The notes beneath the pieces are model-generated. The model made no database searches and was not told the origin of the DNA. It worked only from the letters and a program-made list of their open reading frames with translations. This document shows, one piece after another, positions 56,240-64,000 of a stretch of DNA of 64,000 bases. Within the stretch, counting starts at the first letter, position 1; every line of letters begins with the position of its first letter. Made by a program: the position numbers and the translations under genes. The stretch comes from Dehalococcoidia bacterium (lineage in GTDB: Bacteria > Chloroflexota > Dehalococcoidia > Bin125), in contig JAJEBU010000100.1 of NCBI GenBank assembly GCA_022822375.1, forward strand, positions 558-64,557, in the 5' to 3' direction.

Positions 56240-56728
56240 ATGTTGACATCAGGCGCCAAGCTGGACGAACTGGTCGAGAGCATCCTGAACAACTATGGCC
56301 GCGCCGCAGGCGTCTTCGATCCCAACCGCCTGGAGGTCTGGGAGGAGCTGGGGCTGACCATGTCACAGCTGCGCGTGCTGCATATGTTGCAGGCCGAGCC
56401 AGGTACGCCGGCTGGCAACATCGCCGCACTGCTGAAAGTGCGCCCGTCGACCGCCACTGGCATCGTCGACCGACTCGTCCGCGACGGCCTCGTGCGCCGC
56501 GAACGGGACGAACTGGATCGCCGCCGCGTCCGGATCTGGCTGACGGAGCAGGGTCTTCGCGTGATCAACGAGATTCGCACCCGCAACCGCGCGCTGATCT
56601 GGAAGGTCTTCAGCAACTTCACCGAGCAGGAACTGCGCGACATTGACCGCACGTTCACATTGCTAACCTCCGAAGCAGAGCGCCAGGGTGTGCTCGCACC
56701 TTGGCCGCCCAAGCCTGAGGTGATGTAA
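56240..56728 (+). CDS. MarR-family transcriptional regulator
   Basis: Winged HTH (LTMSQLRVLHMLQAEPGTPAGNIAALLKVRPSTATGIVDRLVRDGLVRRERD). Its stop overlaps the downstream MFS start (TAATG). Confidence 0.8.
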   Translation: MLTSGAKLDELVESILNNYGRAAGVFDPNRLEVWEELGLTMSQLRVLHMLQAEPGTPAGNIAALLKVRPSTATGIVDRLVRDGLVRRERDELDRRRVRIWLTEQGLRVINEIRTRNRALIWKVFSNFTEQELRDIDRTFTLLTSEAERQGVLAPWPPKPEVM

Positions 56729-58635
56729 TGTCCCACGGCTCGCCGCGCGGTTCCAACGGCAGGGACGGAGTCCCGCCGCCTGGAAACGCGCGCGCTGCGC
56801 CCGGGATGCCGCCGGGCATGGATGACGTGCCGCCCGGCTGGCTGCTGCCCCAACGCCGCAAAGTCGCGGTCATGCTCTGCGTCATGCTCGCGCTGTTCCT
56901 GGCAGCGCTCGACCAGACCATCTGGAACGTCGCAGCGCCGAAGGCCGTCGGAGACCTCGGCGGTCTCGACCTGTTCGCCTGGCCCGCGACTTCCTATCTG
57001 CTCGGTTCGACGGTCATCGTCCCGATCATCGGCCGACTCTCCGATGTGCACGGGCGCAAGCCGTTTCTGCTGATCGGCATCGTGATCTTCCTGATCGCGT
57101 CAGCGTTGTGCGGCGCGTCGGGATCGATGTGGGAACTCATCGGCTTCCGCCTCTTGCAAGGATTCGGTGCGGCCTTCATCATGGCCAACGCCTTCACGAC
57201 GATGGGCGATTACTTCGCGCCGGCCGAGCGTGGACGCTGGGCCGGGCTGATCGGCGGGACTTTCGCGTTCGCCAGCATTGCCGGACCGCTGCTCGGCGGC
57301 GTACTCACCGACGAGCTGTCCTGGCGCTGGGTCTTCTACGTCAACCTGCCCGTTGGCGGAGTCGGACTCGTCGCCATCGCGCTCTTCATGCCGCGGCTCA
57401 AGCCACAGCATCCCAACCGGCAGCCGACCGATTGGGTCGGTGCGGGACTGTTGATCACCGCCGCCACGCCGCTGCTGCTGGCGCTTTCGATGGGCGGCAA
57501 CCAGTTCGGTTGGCTCGATTCACCGATCATCGCCTGCCTGATCATTGCGGTCATCTCGGCGTTCATCTGGTGGCGGACCGCGCTGCGCAAGGGCAGCAGC
57601 GGAATCATGCCGGTCGAGATGTTCAAGAATCGGACGTATCTGGTCTGCACGCTGGTGATGTTCGCAATCGGCATCGCGATGATGGGCGCAATGTTCAACC
57701 TGCCCTTCTTCTTGCAGGGCGCGCAGGGCATTTCAGCGACCAACTCGGGACTCGTCACACTACCCATGAGCATCGGCATCGTGCCGGCTTCGGTCCTGAC
57801 CGGGCAGATTCTCGCGCGGACCGGCAGCTACCGCATCCTGGCCATCCTCGGCGGCGGCGGCGCGACCCTGTCGCTGTTCTTGCTGTCACAGCTCAGCGTC
57901 GACTCCAACCTCTGGACAGCGCGCGGGTTCATGCTGCTGATGGGTGTCTCGATGGGCACGCTGATGCCGCTCTACTCATTGCTGATGCAGAACGCGCTGC
58001 CCTTCAATCTGCTCGGCGCCGGCACGGCGACGAACCAGTTCTTCCGCCAGATGGGTGCAGCGATGGGCGTCTCGGTGTTCGGCGCGACGATCGTCAGCGG
58101 ATTCGCGTCGCAACTGACCAAGGCCTTTCCGACCAGCTACGAACAGCTCAAGGAAGCGCCCGAGACGCTGCTCAATCCCGACCTCCTCGAACGCTTCCGT
58201 GCATCCGTCGAAGAGCAAGCGCCCGGCACGGCCGACGCCGTCATCCAGACCGCCCGCGAGGCGCTCGCGGTGCCCGTCACCGACGTCTTCCTCTACGGAT
58301 CGATCGTGGGGCTGGTCGTCCTGGCCTGCGCGCTGATCCTGCCGCGGACAACGTTCCGCTCGCAGGAGGACATGATGGCCGAGATGCGCGCACGCGCAGC
58401 GCCACCAGGCGGAGGCGCGACCCCACCAGGCGCTGCGCCGTCTGGCATAGTGGTACGGACGCCCGTCGCCGGGACGCCGCCACAGCCGGATCCGGCGGGC
58501 GTCTCGTTCAGCGAGGTTGGAGGTAACGGGCACGACGCCGACGGAAACAGATTCCACGCCTTCGCACCGATGATTGCTGCGTGGGCCGAACAGCGGCCGA
58601 TGGCGGCCGCCCAACGCGAATCGGAGAAGTCATGA
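56728..58635 (+). CDS. MFS drug:H+ antiporter, DHA2 (EmrB/QacA) family, 14 TM
   Basis: A 635-aa ORF. The N-terminal LDQTIWNVAAPK and the 14-helix topology fit DHA2. Co-transcribed arrangement with MarR. Confidence 0.85.
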   Translation: MSHGSPRGSNGRDGVPPPGNARAAPGMPPGMDDVPPGWLLPQRRKVAVMLCVMLALFLAALDQTIWNVAAPKAVGDLGGLDLFAWPATSYLLGSTVIVPIIGRLSDVHGRKPFLLIGIVIFLIASALCGASGSMWELIGFRLLQGFGAAFIMANAFTTMGDYFAPAERGRWAGLIGGTFAFASIAGPLLGGVLTDELSWRWVFYVNLPVGGVGLVAIALFMPRLKPQHPNRQPTDWVGAGLLITAATPLLLALSMGGNQFGWLDSPIIACLIIAVISAFIWWRTALRKGSSGIMPVEMFKNRTYLVCTLVMFAIGIAMMGAMFNLPFFLQGAQGISATNSGLVTLPMSIGIVPASVLTGQILARTGSYRILAILGGGGATLSLFLLSQLSVDSNLWTARGFMLLMGVSMGTLMPLYSLLMQNALPFNLLGAGTATNQFFRQMGAAMGVSVFGATIVSGFASQLTKAFPTSYEQLKEAPETLLNPDLLERFRASVEEQAPGTADAVIQTAREALAVPVTDVFLYGSIVGLVVLACALILPRTTFRSQEDMMAEMRARAAPPGGGATPPGAAPSGIVVRTPVAGTPPQPDPAGVSFSEVGGNGHDADGNRFHAFAPMIAAWAEQRPMAAAQRESEKS

Positions 58636-59153
58636 CCACCACCAACGGACATCAGCCGCACGAGGCATTGGAGCCTGTCTCCGAGGAGCCGCGCTCAGTC
58701 ACTCCCTCAGTCCCGCCGACCCCTTCCGTGTTGCCGCTGGACGGCTGGGGCCCCATCGCCGCGCCGTCGTCGCATGACGGCAACGGCGTCAACGGAGCCG
58801 ACCAAACTACGGTGCCGACCGACGAACCTGTGGAAGAGACCAGCGACGCTCCGACGATCGAACGCGTCACGCACCGCCGACGCATCCGATTCCCCAGCTG
58901 GGAATCGCGGCTGATCAGCGTTGCCGCTCCGCTACTCGCCTTGACCGTCACCGTCTGGATCAGCCTGCGTCTCAGCTCGGAGCTGCAGGCACGCGAGTGG
59001 CGGTCAATCGTTCAGCGAGAGTCTGCGCCGACGGCGCAGCCCAGCCGCGTCGACGCGTTGCGCCGGTCGTTCGCGCTCGTCATCGATCCGTCGCTGGCGC
59101 CTCAGGACCCGCCCGCTCCGTGGTGGAGAAGGCTGATGGACGAGCTGGACTAG
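58632..59153 (+). CDS. hypothetical single-pass membrane protein, translationally coupled (ATGA) to the DHA2 pump gene
   Basis: The ATG at 58632 (MTTTNGHQPHE...) overlaps the MFS stop. There is one hydrophobic helix (LISVAAPLLALTVTVWISL) and a Pro-rich N-terminus. Confidence 0.45.
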   Translation: MTTTNGHQPHEALEPVSEEPRSVTPSVPPTPSVLPLDGWGPIAAPSSHDGNGVNGADQTTVPTDEPVEETSDAPTIERVTHRRRIRFPSWESRLISVAAPLLALTVTVWISLRLSSELQAREWRSIVQRESAPTAQPSRVDALRRSFALVIDPSLAPQDPPAPWWRRLMDELD

Positions 59154-59162
59154 CGCTTCCTG

Positions 59163-62100
59163 CTACTCCTGTGTAGCGAGGGTGCGGCGGCGCTCTTCCG
59201 CCTGCTCACGCAAGATGCGCTGGTACTCGCGCGGAATGATCTTCACGATCTGCTCCCGCACGGTGCTCCAACGCGCCAACACCTCCGCGCCCAGCGGGCT
59301 GCCCGTTCGCTCGACGTGGGTCTCGATCATCTCTTCGAGCGTCTCCGCCTCGCGTGAGTCGGTGACGGGTTCCAGGTCAACCATCGAGTGGTTGACCCGC
59401 TCCCGCAGGCTGCCGTCCTGGTCCCAGACGTAGGCGATGCCGCCGCTCATCCCGGCGGCAAAGTTGCGGCCAACGGGTCCGAGCACCACAACCGTGCCGC
59501 CCGTCATGTACTCGCAGCCGTGGTCGCCGACTCCCTCGACGACCGTGCGGGCGCCCGAATTGCGGACCGCGAATCGCTCTCCCGCGCGTCCCGCGACCCA
59601 GAGCGTGCCGCCTGTTGCTCCGTAGAGCACCGTGTTGCCGACGAGCACGCCGTCGCGGCCCTGGAATCCCGCGTCCTGTGCTGGGGCCACGGCGATCATG
59701 CCGCCGGCCATGCCCTTGCCGACGTAGTCGTTGGCCTCGCCGCGCAGATACAAGCGCATGCCGCGCACGAGAAATGCGCCGAACGATTGTCCAGCCGAGC
59801 CGGTGAAGTGCAGCTCAATCGTCCCGCGCTGCATGCCCAGGTCGCCGTACTGCTGCGCGATGCGTCCCGACACCCGCGCGCCGACCGTCCGGTGCACGTT
59901 CCTGATCGGGAACTTCGCGGAGATGTGCTCTTCTCGCTCGATGTGCGGCTCCAGCATCGCCAGGAGATCGTCGTCCAGCGGTCGGTCGTCGCGGCGATCA
60001 TTGCGATCCTGTTCCCGCATCCGCGGAAACTCGGGGTCAGCCTCGATCGGCGCAAGCAACCTGGAGAGGTCAACCAGCTGCGCCCGCTCACCGTCGCGCG
60101 GCGGCACCTGCTCGAGCAGGTCGGTGCGGCCGATGATGTCGTCCAGCGATTGGTAGCCCAGCTCTGCGAGGATCACGCGGACTTCCTCGGCCACGTGCAG
60201 GAGGAAGTCAACCAGCATCTGCGGCTTGCCGAAGTACTTGGCGCGCAGGTCTTCCCGCTGCGTGGCAACACCGACGGGGCAGGTGTTGAGGTGGCACTGA
60301 CGCGCCATCTTGCAGCCCAGCGCGACCAGCGCCGTCGTGCCGAAGCCGTAGGCCTCCGCGCCGAGCATGGCCGCCACCACGACATCACGTCCGGTGTGGA
60401 ATCCGCCGTCGGTGCGGAGCTTGATCCGCCCGCGTAGTCCGTTGACGACCAATGCCTCGTGAGCCTCCTTGACCCCCAGCTCCCAGGGTGCGCCCGCGTA
60501 CTTGACGGACGACAGCGGCGACGCGCCGGTGCCGCCGTCCGCGCCGGAGATATGCACGACATCGGCATAGGCCTTGGCAACGCCTGTCGCGATCGTCCCG
60601 ACGCCTTCGCAGGCGACCAGCTTGACGCACACGCGCGCGCGGGGGTTTGCGATCTTCAAGTCGTAGATCAGCTGTGACAGATCCTCAATCGAGTAGATGT
60701 CATGGTGTGGCGGCGGCGATATGAGCTCCACGCCTGGCGTCGAATGCCGCAGCATGGCGATGTAAGCCGTGACCTTGTGACCCGGCAGCTGGCCGCCCTC
60801 GCCGGGCTTCGAGCCCTGGGCGATCTTGATCTCAATCTCGCTCGCGCTGCCCAGATAGGCCGGCGTCACACCGAAGCGTCCCGATGCGATCTGCTTGATC
60901 TGCGAGTTGGCGTCGTTCTTGTCGCCCGTCGCCAGGAAGCGGCGCGGGTCCTCACCGCCTTCGCCAGTGTTCGAGGCCGCGCCCAGTTCATTCATCGCCC
61001 GCGCGATGTCCTCGTGCGTCTCCGGACTCAGCGCGCCCAGCGACATCGCACCAGTGCTGAAACGCGGCGTGATCTCTTCGTGCGCCTCGACCTCGTCCAG
61101 AGCGATCGGCGCACGGTCGGACTTGAACCCGAGCAGGTCGCGCAGCGCGGTCGGCCGTCGATCGTTGGCGCGCTCGGCGTAGATTGCATACTCATCGGTG
61201 CCGCCGCCTTGCACGACCTTGTGCAACTGCCGCCAGACCGGCGGTTCGTTGGCGTGATAGTCCGCGTCGCGGCGGTAGCGGTACCAGCCGCCCGCGTCGA
61301 GTCCGTCGGCTGGATACGCCTGCTGATGCCGAGCAATCGCGTCCGATCCAATCTCAGCGAATCCCACCCCGCCGATCCGCGACGGCGTGCCGGGGAATGA
61401 CCGCTCGACGACCTCTGCACCAATCCCCAGCGCCTCGAAAATCTGTCCGCCGTGATACGACGACCGCGCGGCGATCCCCATCTTCGACATGATCTTCAGA
61501 ATGCCCGAGTCGACTGCCTTGACGTAGTTGTCAATCACCTCGCCGACGTCCATGTCGTCAAACTCGCCCGATGCATGCAGCGACTCAAGCGTCTGCAGCG
61601 CCAGATACGGATGCACCGCATCTGCGCCGAAACCGATCAGGCAGGAAATCTGGTGGACATCGCGCGCATCGCCGCAGTGAGCAGCGATCGAGGCGGAGAG
61701 TCGGTGTCCATTGGCAATCAAGTGATGGTGCACCGTCGCGACGGCCAGCAGCATTGGAATCGGCGCGCGGTCCGGGCCGACCCGCTCATCGGAGAGGATG
61801 ATCAGCGAGTGGCCGTCCTCGATCGCATGATCGACCGCATCGCAGAGTCCGTCGAGCGCGGAGGCCAGCGAGGTAGGGCCGTCTGCGATACAGAATGACG
61901 TCTCGATCGTTGAGGCCGAAAAGCCATGCAGGTCCATCTGTGTCAACACGTCCAGGTCGTCGCCCAGCAACAGCGGGGAGGACAGGTGAACGAGGCGGCT
62001 CGCTTCCGGCGTCTCCTCCAGCAGCGACTGGCGGCGGCCCAGCCAGGTGTCGAGCGACATCACATTGCGCTCGCGGATCGAGTCAATCGGCGGGTTGGTG

Positions 62101-63761
62101 ACCTGCGCGAACTTCTGACGGAAGTAGCTGTAGAGCGGACGCGGCGGATCGTGCAGCACCGACAGCGGCGTGTCGTCGCCCATCGATCCGACCGCTTCCT
62201 TCGCTTGCAGCGCCATCGGCTTCAGGACGTACTCGATCTCTTCCTTGCTGTAGCCGTGCAGCACCTGGCGCGACAGCAACTCGCCCTCGTCGGCCGCCGG
62301 CACGCTGGACGCATGCAGCGTCGCGGCACGCTCGATGCGGCCCATCTCCCGCTGCACCCATTCGTGATAGGGCCGCCGACGCGAGACGCGGCGCTTGACA
62401 TCGTCGTTGTGGAGCAGCTCGTGCCGCTTGGTATCCACCGCGACCATCTGGCCCGGACCAAGCCGGCCCGTTTCGATGATCTCCGACTGGTCCAGCGGAA
62501 TCAGGCCGACCTCTGAGCCCATCACGACCAACCCGCCGCGGGTCACCTGATAACGCGCTGGCCGCAAGCCGTTGCGATCCATCGCGGCGGCCGCAATCGT
62601 GCCGTCGGTGAACGCCATCGCAGCAGGGCCGTCCCACGGCTCGATCAGGCAGGCGTGATACTCGTAGAAGCCGCGCAGCTCTGGTTCCATCTCGTCGAGC
62701 TGCTCCCACGCTTCGGGGATCATCATCATCATCGCGTGCAGCGGGTCACGGCCCGACGCGACGAGCAGCTCGAATGCCTCATCGAACGCCTGTGAATCTG
62801 AGCCGACCATCCCGATCACAGGATGCAGCTCGGCTACCGCATCGCCCCAGACATCCGACTGTAGCGCCGGCCCGCGCGCCCGCATCCAGTTGCGATTTCC
62901 GAGCAGCGTGTTGATCTCGCCGTTGTGCGCCACATAGCGGAAGGGTTGAGCGATGTTCCAGTTGGGCAGCGTGTTCGTCGCGTACCGTTGGTGGAACAGC
63001 GCAACCGCCGACACGGTCAGCGGATTGGTCAGGTCGGGATAGAAGCGGCTCAGCTGCGTCGCGAGCATGAGCCCCTTGTAGACCACGGTCGCATTGGACA
63101 GCGACACGATGTACGTGTCGCCCACAGCGTCGCCGGGGGACATCTCCGAGATCGCTCGATACTCCGTATCGGCTCGTCGTCTCGTGAGGTAGACGCGTCG
63201 GCCAAACTCATCGTCTGCGACGGCCTCCGGCCGGGCCAGCAGCAGCTGCTCAATCCGCGGTTGATCGCGAAGAGCCCAAGCGCCCAACACGCCAGGCTCG
63301 GTCGGCACCTCTCGCCACCCGAGCACCCGCAGACCCGTCCGCTCGGCGGCGGACTCCAGGATCGCGCGAGCGCGGGCAGCGGCATCGGCCGCCATCGGCA
63401 AGAAGACCATGGCGAGCGCCAGGTCGTCATCGGCGACATCAGCGTGGCCCAAGCGCGCCAGGTCGTCCTGCAACACGGCGTAGGGGATGGAGATCGTGAC
63501 GCCGGCGCCATCTCCCGTGTCGGGATCGGCGTTGACCGCACCGCGATGCGTCAGGCTGACGACGCCTTGCACCGCCTGTTCGACGAGCTCATGCGTGGCC
63601 ACTCCGTCAAGTCGCGCGACGAAACCGGTTCCACACGCGTCACGGCCACTGAGTGGGTCGTAGAGTCCGGCGAAATCGGCACTGCTCGATGAATGGGGAC
63701 GGGACACTGCTGTCATATCGCTAACGTCTATCGCTGAACCTCGAAACTGCGCCTCAGCCAA
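59163..63761 (-). CDS. gltB: glutamate synthase large subunit (GATase-2 + FMN/[3Fe-4S] + GXGXG domains)
   Basis: A 1532-aa ORF. CGTGFVARLDG is the N-terminal amidotransferase Cys1. It has the central FMN-binding TIM barrel and a C-terminal beta-helix (GXGXG repeats). No gltD-like gene is adjacent in the window. Confidence 0.9.
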   Translation of the reverse strand: MAEAQFRGSAIDVSDMTAVSRPHSSSSADFAGLYDPLSGRDACGTGFVARLDGVATHELVEQAVQGVVSLTHRGAVNADPDTGDGAGVTISIPYAVLQDDLARLGHADVADDDLALAMVFLPMAADAAARARAILESAAERTGLRVLGWREVPTEPGVLGAWALRDQPRIEQLLLARPEAVADDEFGRRVYLTRRRADTEYRAISEMSPGDAVGDTYIVSLSNATVVYKGLMLATQLSRFYPDLTNPLTVSAVALFHQRYATNTLPNWNIAQPFRYVAHNGEINTLLGNRNWMRARGPALQSDVWGDAVAELHPVIGMVGSDSQAFDEAFELLVASGRDPLHAMMMMIPEAWEQLDEMEPELRGFYEYHACLIEPWDGPAAMAFTDGTIAAAAMDRNGLRPARYQVTRGGLVVMGSEVGLIPLDQSEIIETGRLGPGQMVAVDTKRHELLHNDDVKRRVSRRRPYHEWVQREMGRIERAATLHASSVPAADEGELLSRQVLHGYSKEEIEYVLKPMALQAKEAVGSMGDDTPLSVLHDPPRPLYSYFRQKFAQVTNPPIDSIRERNVMSLDTWLGRRQSLLEETPEASRLVHLSSPLLLGDDLDVLTQMDLHGFSASTIETSFCIADGPTSLASALDGLCDAVDHAIEDGHSLIILSDERVGPDRAPIPMLLAVATVHHHLIANGHRLSASIAAHCGDARDVHQISCLIGFGADAVHPYLALQTLESLHASGEFDDMDVGEVIDNYVKAVDSGILKIMSKMGIAARSSYHGGQIFEALGIGAEVVERSFPGTPSRIGGVGFAEIGSDAIARHQQAYPADGLDAGGWYRYRRDADYHANEPPVWRQLHKVVQGGGTDEYAIYAERANDRRPTALRDLLGFKSDRAPIALDEVEAHEEITPRFSTGAMSLGALSPETHEDIARAMNELGAASNTGEGGEDPRRFLATGDKNDANSQIKQIASGRFGVTPAYLGSASEIEIKIAQGSKPGEGGQLPGHKVTAYIAMLRHSTPGVELISPPPHHDIYSIEDLSQLIYDLKIANPRARVCVKLVACEGVGTIATGVAKAYADVVHISGADGGTGASPLSSVKYAGAPWELGVKEAHEALVVNGLRGRIKLRTDGGFHTGRDVVVAAMLGAEAYGFGTTALVALGCKMARQCHLNTCPVGVATQREDLRAKYFGKPQMLVDFLLHVAEEVRVILAELGYQSLDDIIGRTDLLEQVPPRDGERAQLVDLSRLLAPIEADPEFPRMREQDRNDRRDDRPLDDDLLAMLEPHIEREEHISAKFPIRNVHRTVGARVSGRIAQQYGDLGMQRGTIELHFTGSAGQSFGAFLVRGMRLYLRGEANDYVGKGMAGGMIAVAPAQDAGFQGRDGVLVGNTVLYGATGGTLWVAGRAGERFAVRNSGARTVVEGVGDHGCEYMTGGTVVVLGPVGRNFAAGMSGGIAYVWDQDGSLRERVNHSMVDLEPVTDSREAETLEEMIETHVERTGSPLGAEVLARWSTVREQIVKIIPREYQRILREQAEERRRTLATQE

Positions 63762-63882
63762 TGCAAAATCGAGCGGTCGCGCGGAACCTACGTGAATATT
63801 CGCACAATCTGAACCATCAAGCTAGCAATCTTGACACAGCTCCGCAGCGCTCGGACGCGATCCATCGCGCCTCCCGTGCCGT

Positions 63883-64000
63883 TCAGAGGACCTCTGCCCG
63901 GCGCAGGTCCGAGAACGCCGCCGCGAAGCGATCAATCGTCGCATCGATGTCCGCCTCCGTGTGCACGCAGGAAACCAGCGCGCCCATGCCCATCAGATCA
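63883..64000 (-). CDS. 3' end of a minus-strand gene, possibly a class-III (PLP) aminotransferase C-terminus; the gene continues beyond the window
   Basis: The minus-strand frame reads ...ALVSCVHTEADIDATIDRFAAAFSDLRRAEVL-stop. The stop is at ~63883-63885. (S/A)xxHTxxDID is typical of aminotransferase class III C-termini. Weak, as only ~39 aa are visible. Confidence 0.35.
   Translation of the reverse strand, partial: DLMGMGALVSCVHTEADIDATIDRFAAAFSDLRRAEVL

Noticed and set aside
63762-63882. TTGACA-like hexamer (cttgacac near 63826) as a promoter
   Set aside because: No acceptable -10 follows at 16-19 bp on that strand. It would also fire into the 3' end of a convergent gene, so it is probably a chance match.

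Overview
This 64-kb window is high-GC (about 67%) and reads as a densely packed stretch of bacterial chromosome. There is no sign of a prophage, integron, CRISPR array or IS element, so I found no obvious mobile or defence island. Gene content is mostly housekeeping and catabolism.

Housekeeping genes identified:
- phosphoenolpyruvate carboxylase, glutamate synthase large subunit, PcrA/UvrD helicase, exonuclease III, an HU-family protein;
- cobalamin genes cobQ, cobD and cbiB;
- pncA-pncB NAD salvage;
- a ferredoxin-type sulfite/nitrite reductase;
- five tRNA genes (Arg, and a Trp-Leu-Gly-Cys cluster).

Accessory-looking catabolic content:
- three family-III (CaiB/BaiF) CoA-transferases and one fused tandem version;
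- two SCP-x-type thiolase plus DUF35 Zn-ribbon pairs;
- two acyl-CoA dehydrogenases;
- two F420-dependent LLM oxidoreductases and one further LLM oxidoreductase;
- two amidases, two DinB-family proteins, a cyclase, an alpha/beta hydrolase;
- a 2-hydroxyacid dehydrogenase / HpcH aldolase / Ldh_2 cluster with a MarR regulator and MFS transporters.

The F420-LLM genes and two Uma2 endonuclease genes suggest an actinobacterial or Chloroflexota (Thermomicrobia-like) lineage. That is inference only.

Features I consider worth follow-up:
- a secreted protein built from three tandem sCache_2-like domains with no output domain;
- an 828-aa covalently fused double CaiB/BaiF CoA-transferase whose second module appears to lack the catalytic Asp;
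- a stand-alone Pta-N-terminal (BioD-like + DRTGG) protein;
- a thermonuclease with two Excalibur Ca-binding repeats;
- a 3 x 23-bp perfect tandem repeat carrying TATGAT boxes that abuts tRNA-Gly;
- a small Pro-rich tail-anchored ORF in an otherwise empty 0.5-kb divergent region.

Caveats. The ORF track treats GTG/TTG as Met, so several true starts were re-derived from internal ATG/GTG codons and RBS context. In a few C-runs my reading of the printed sequence disagreed by 1 nt with ORF-track arithmetic, so coordinates I derived by hand (tRNAs, repeats) should be treated as +/-2 nt. Most long antisense ORFs in the track are high-GC artefacts.
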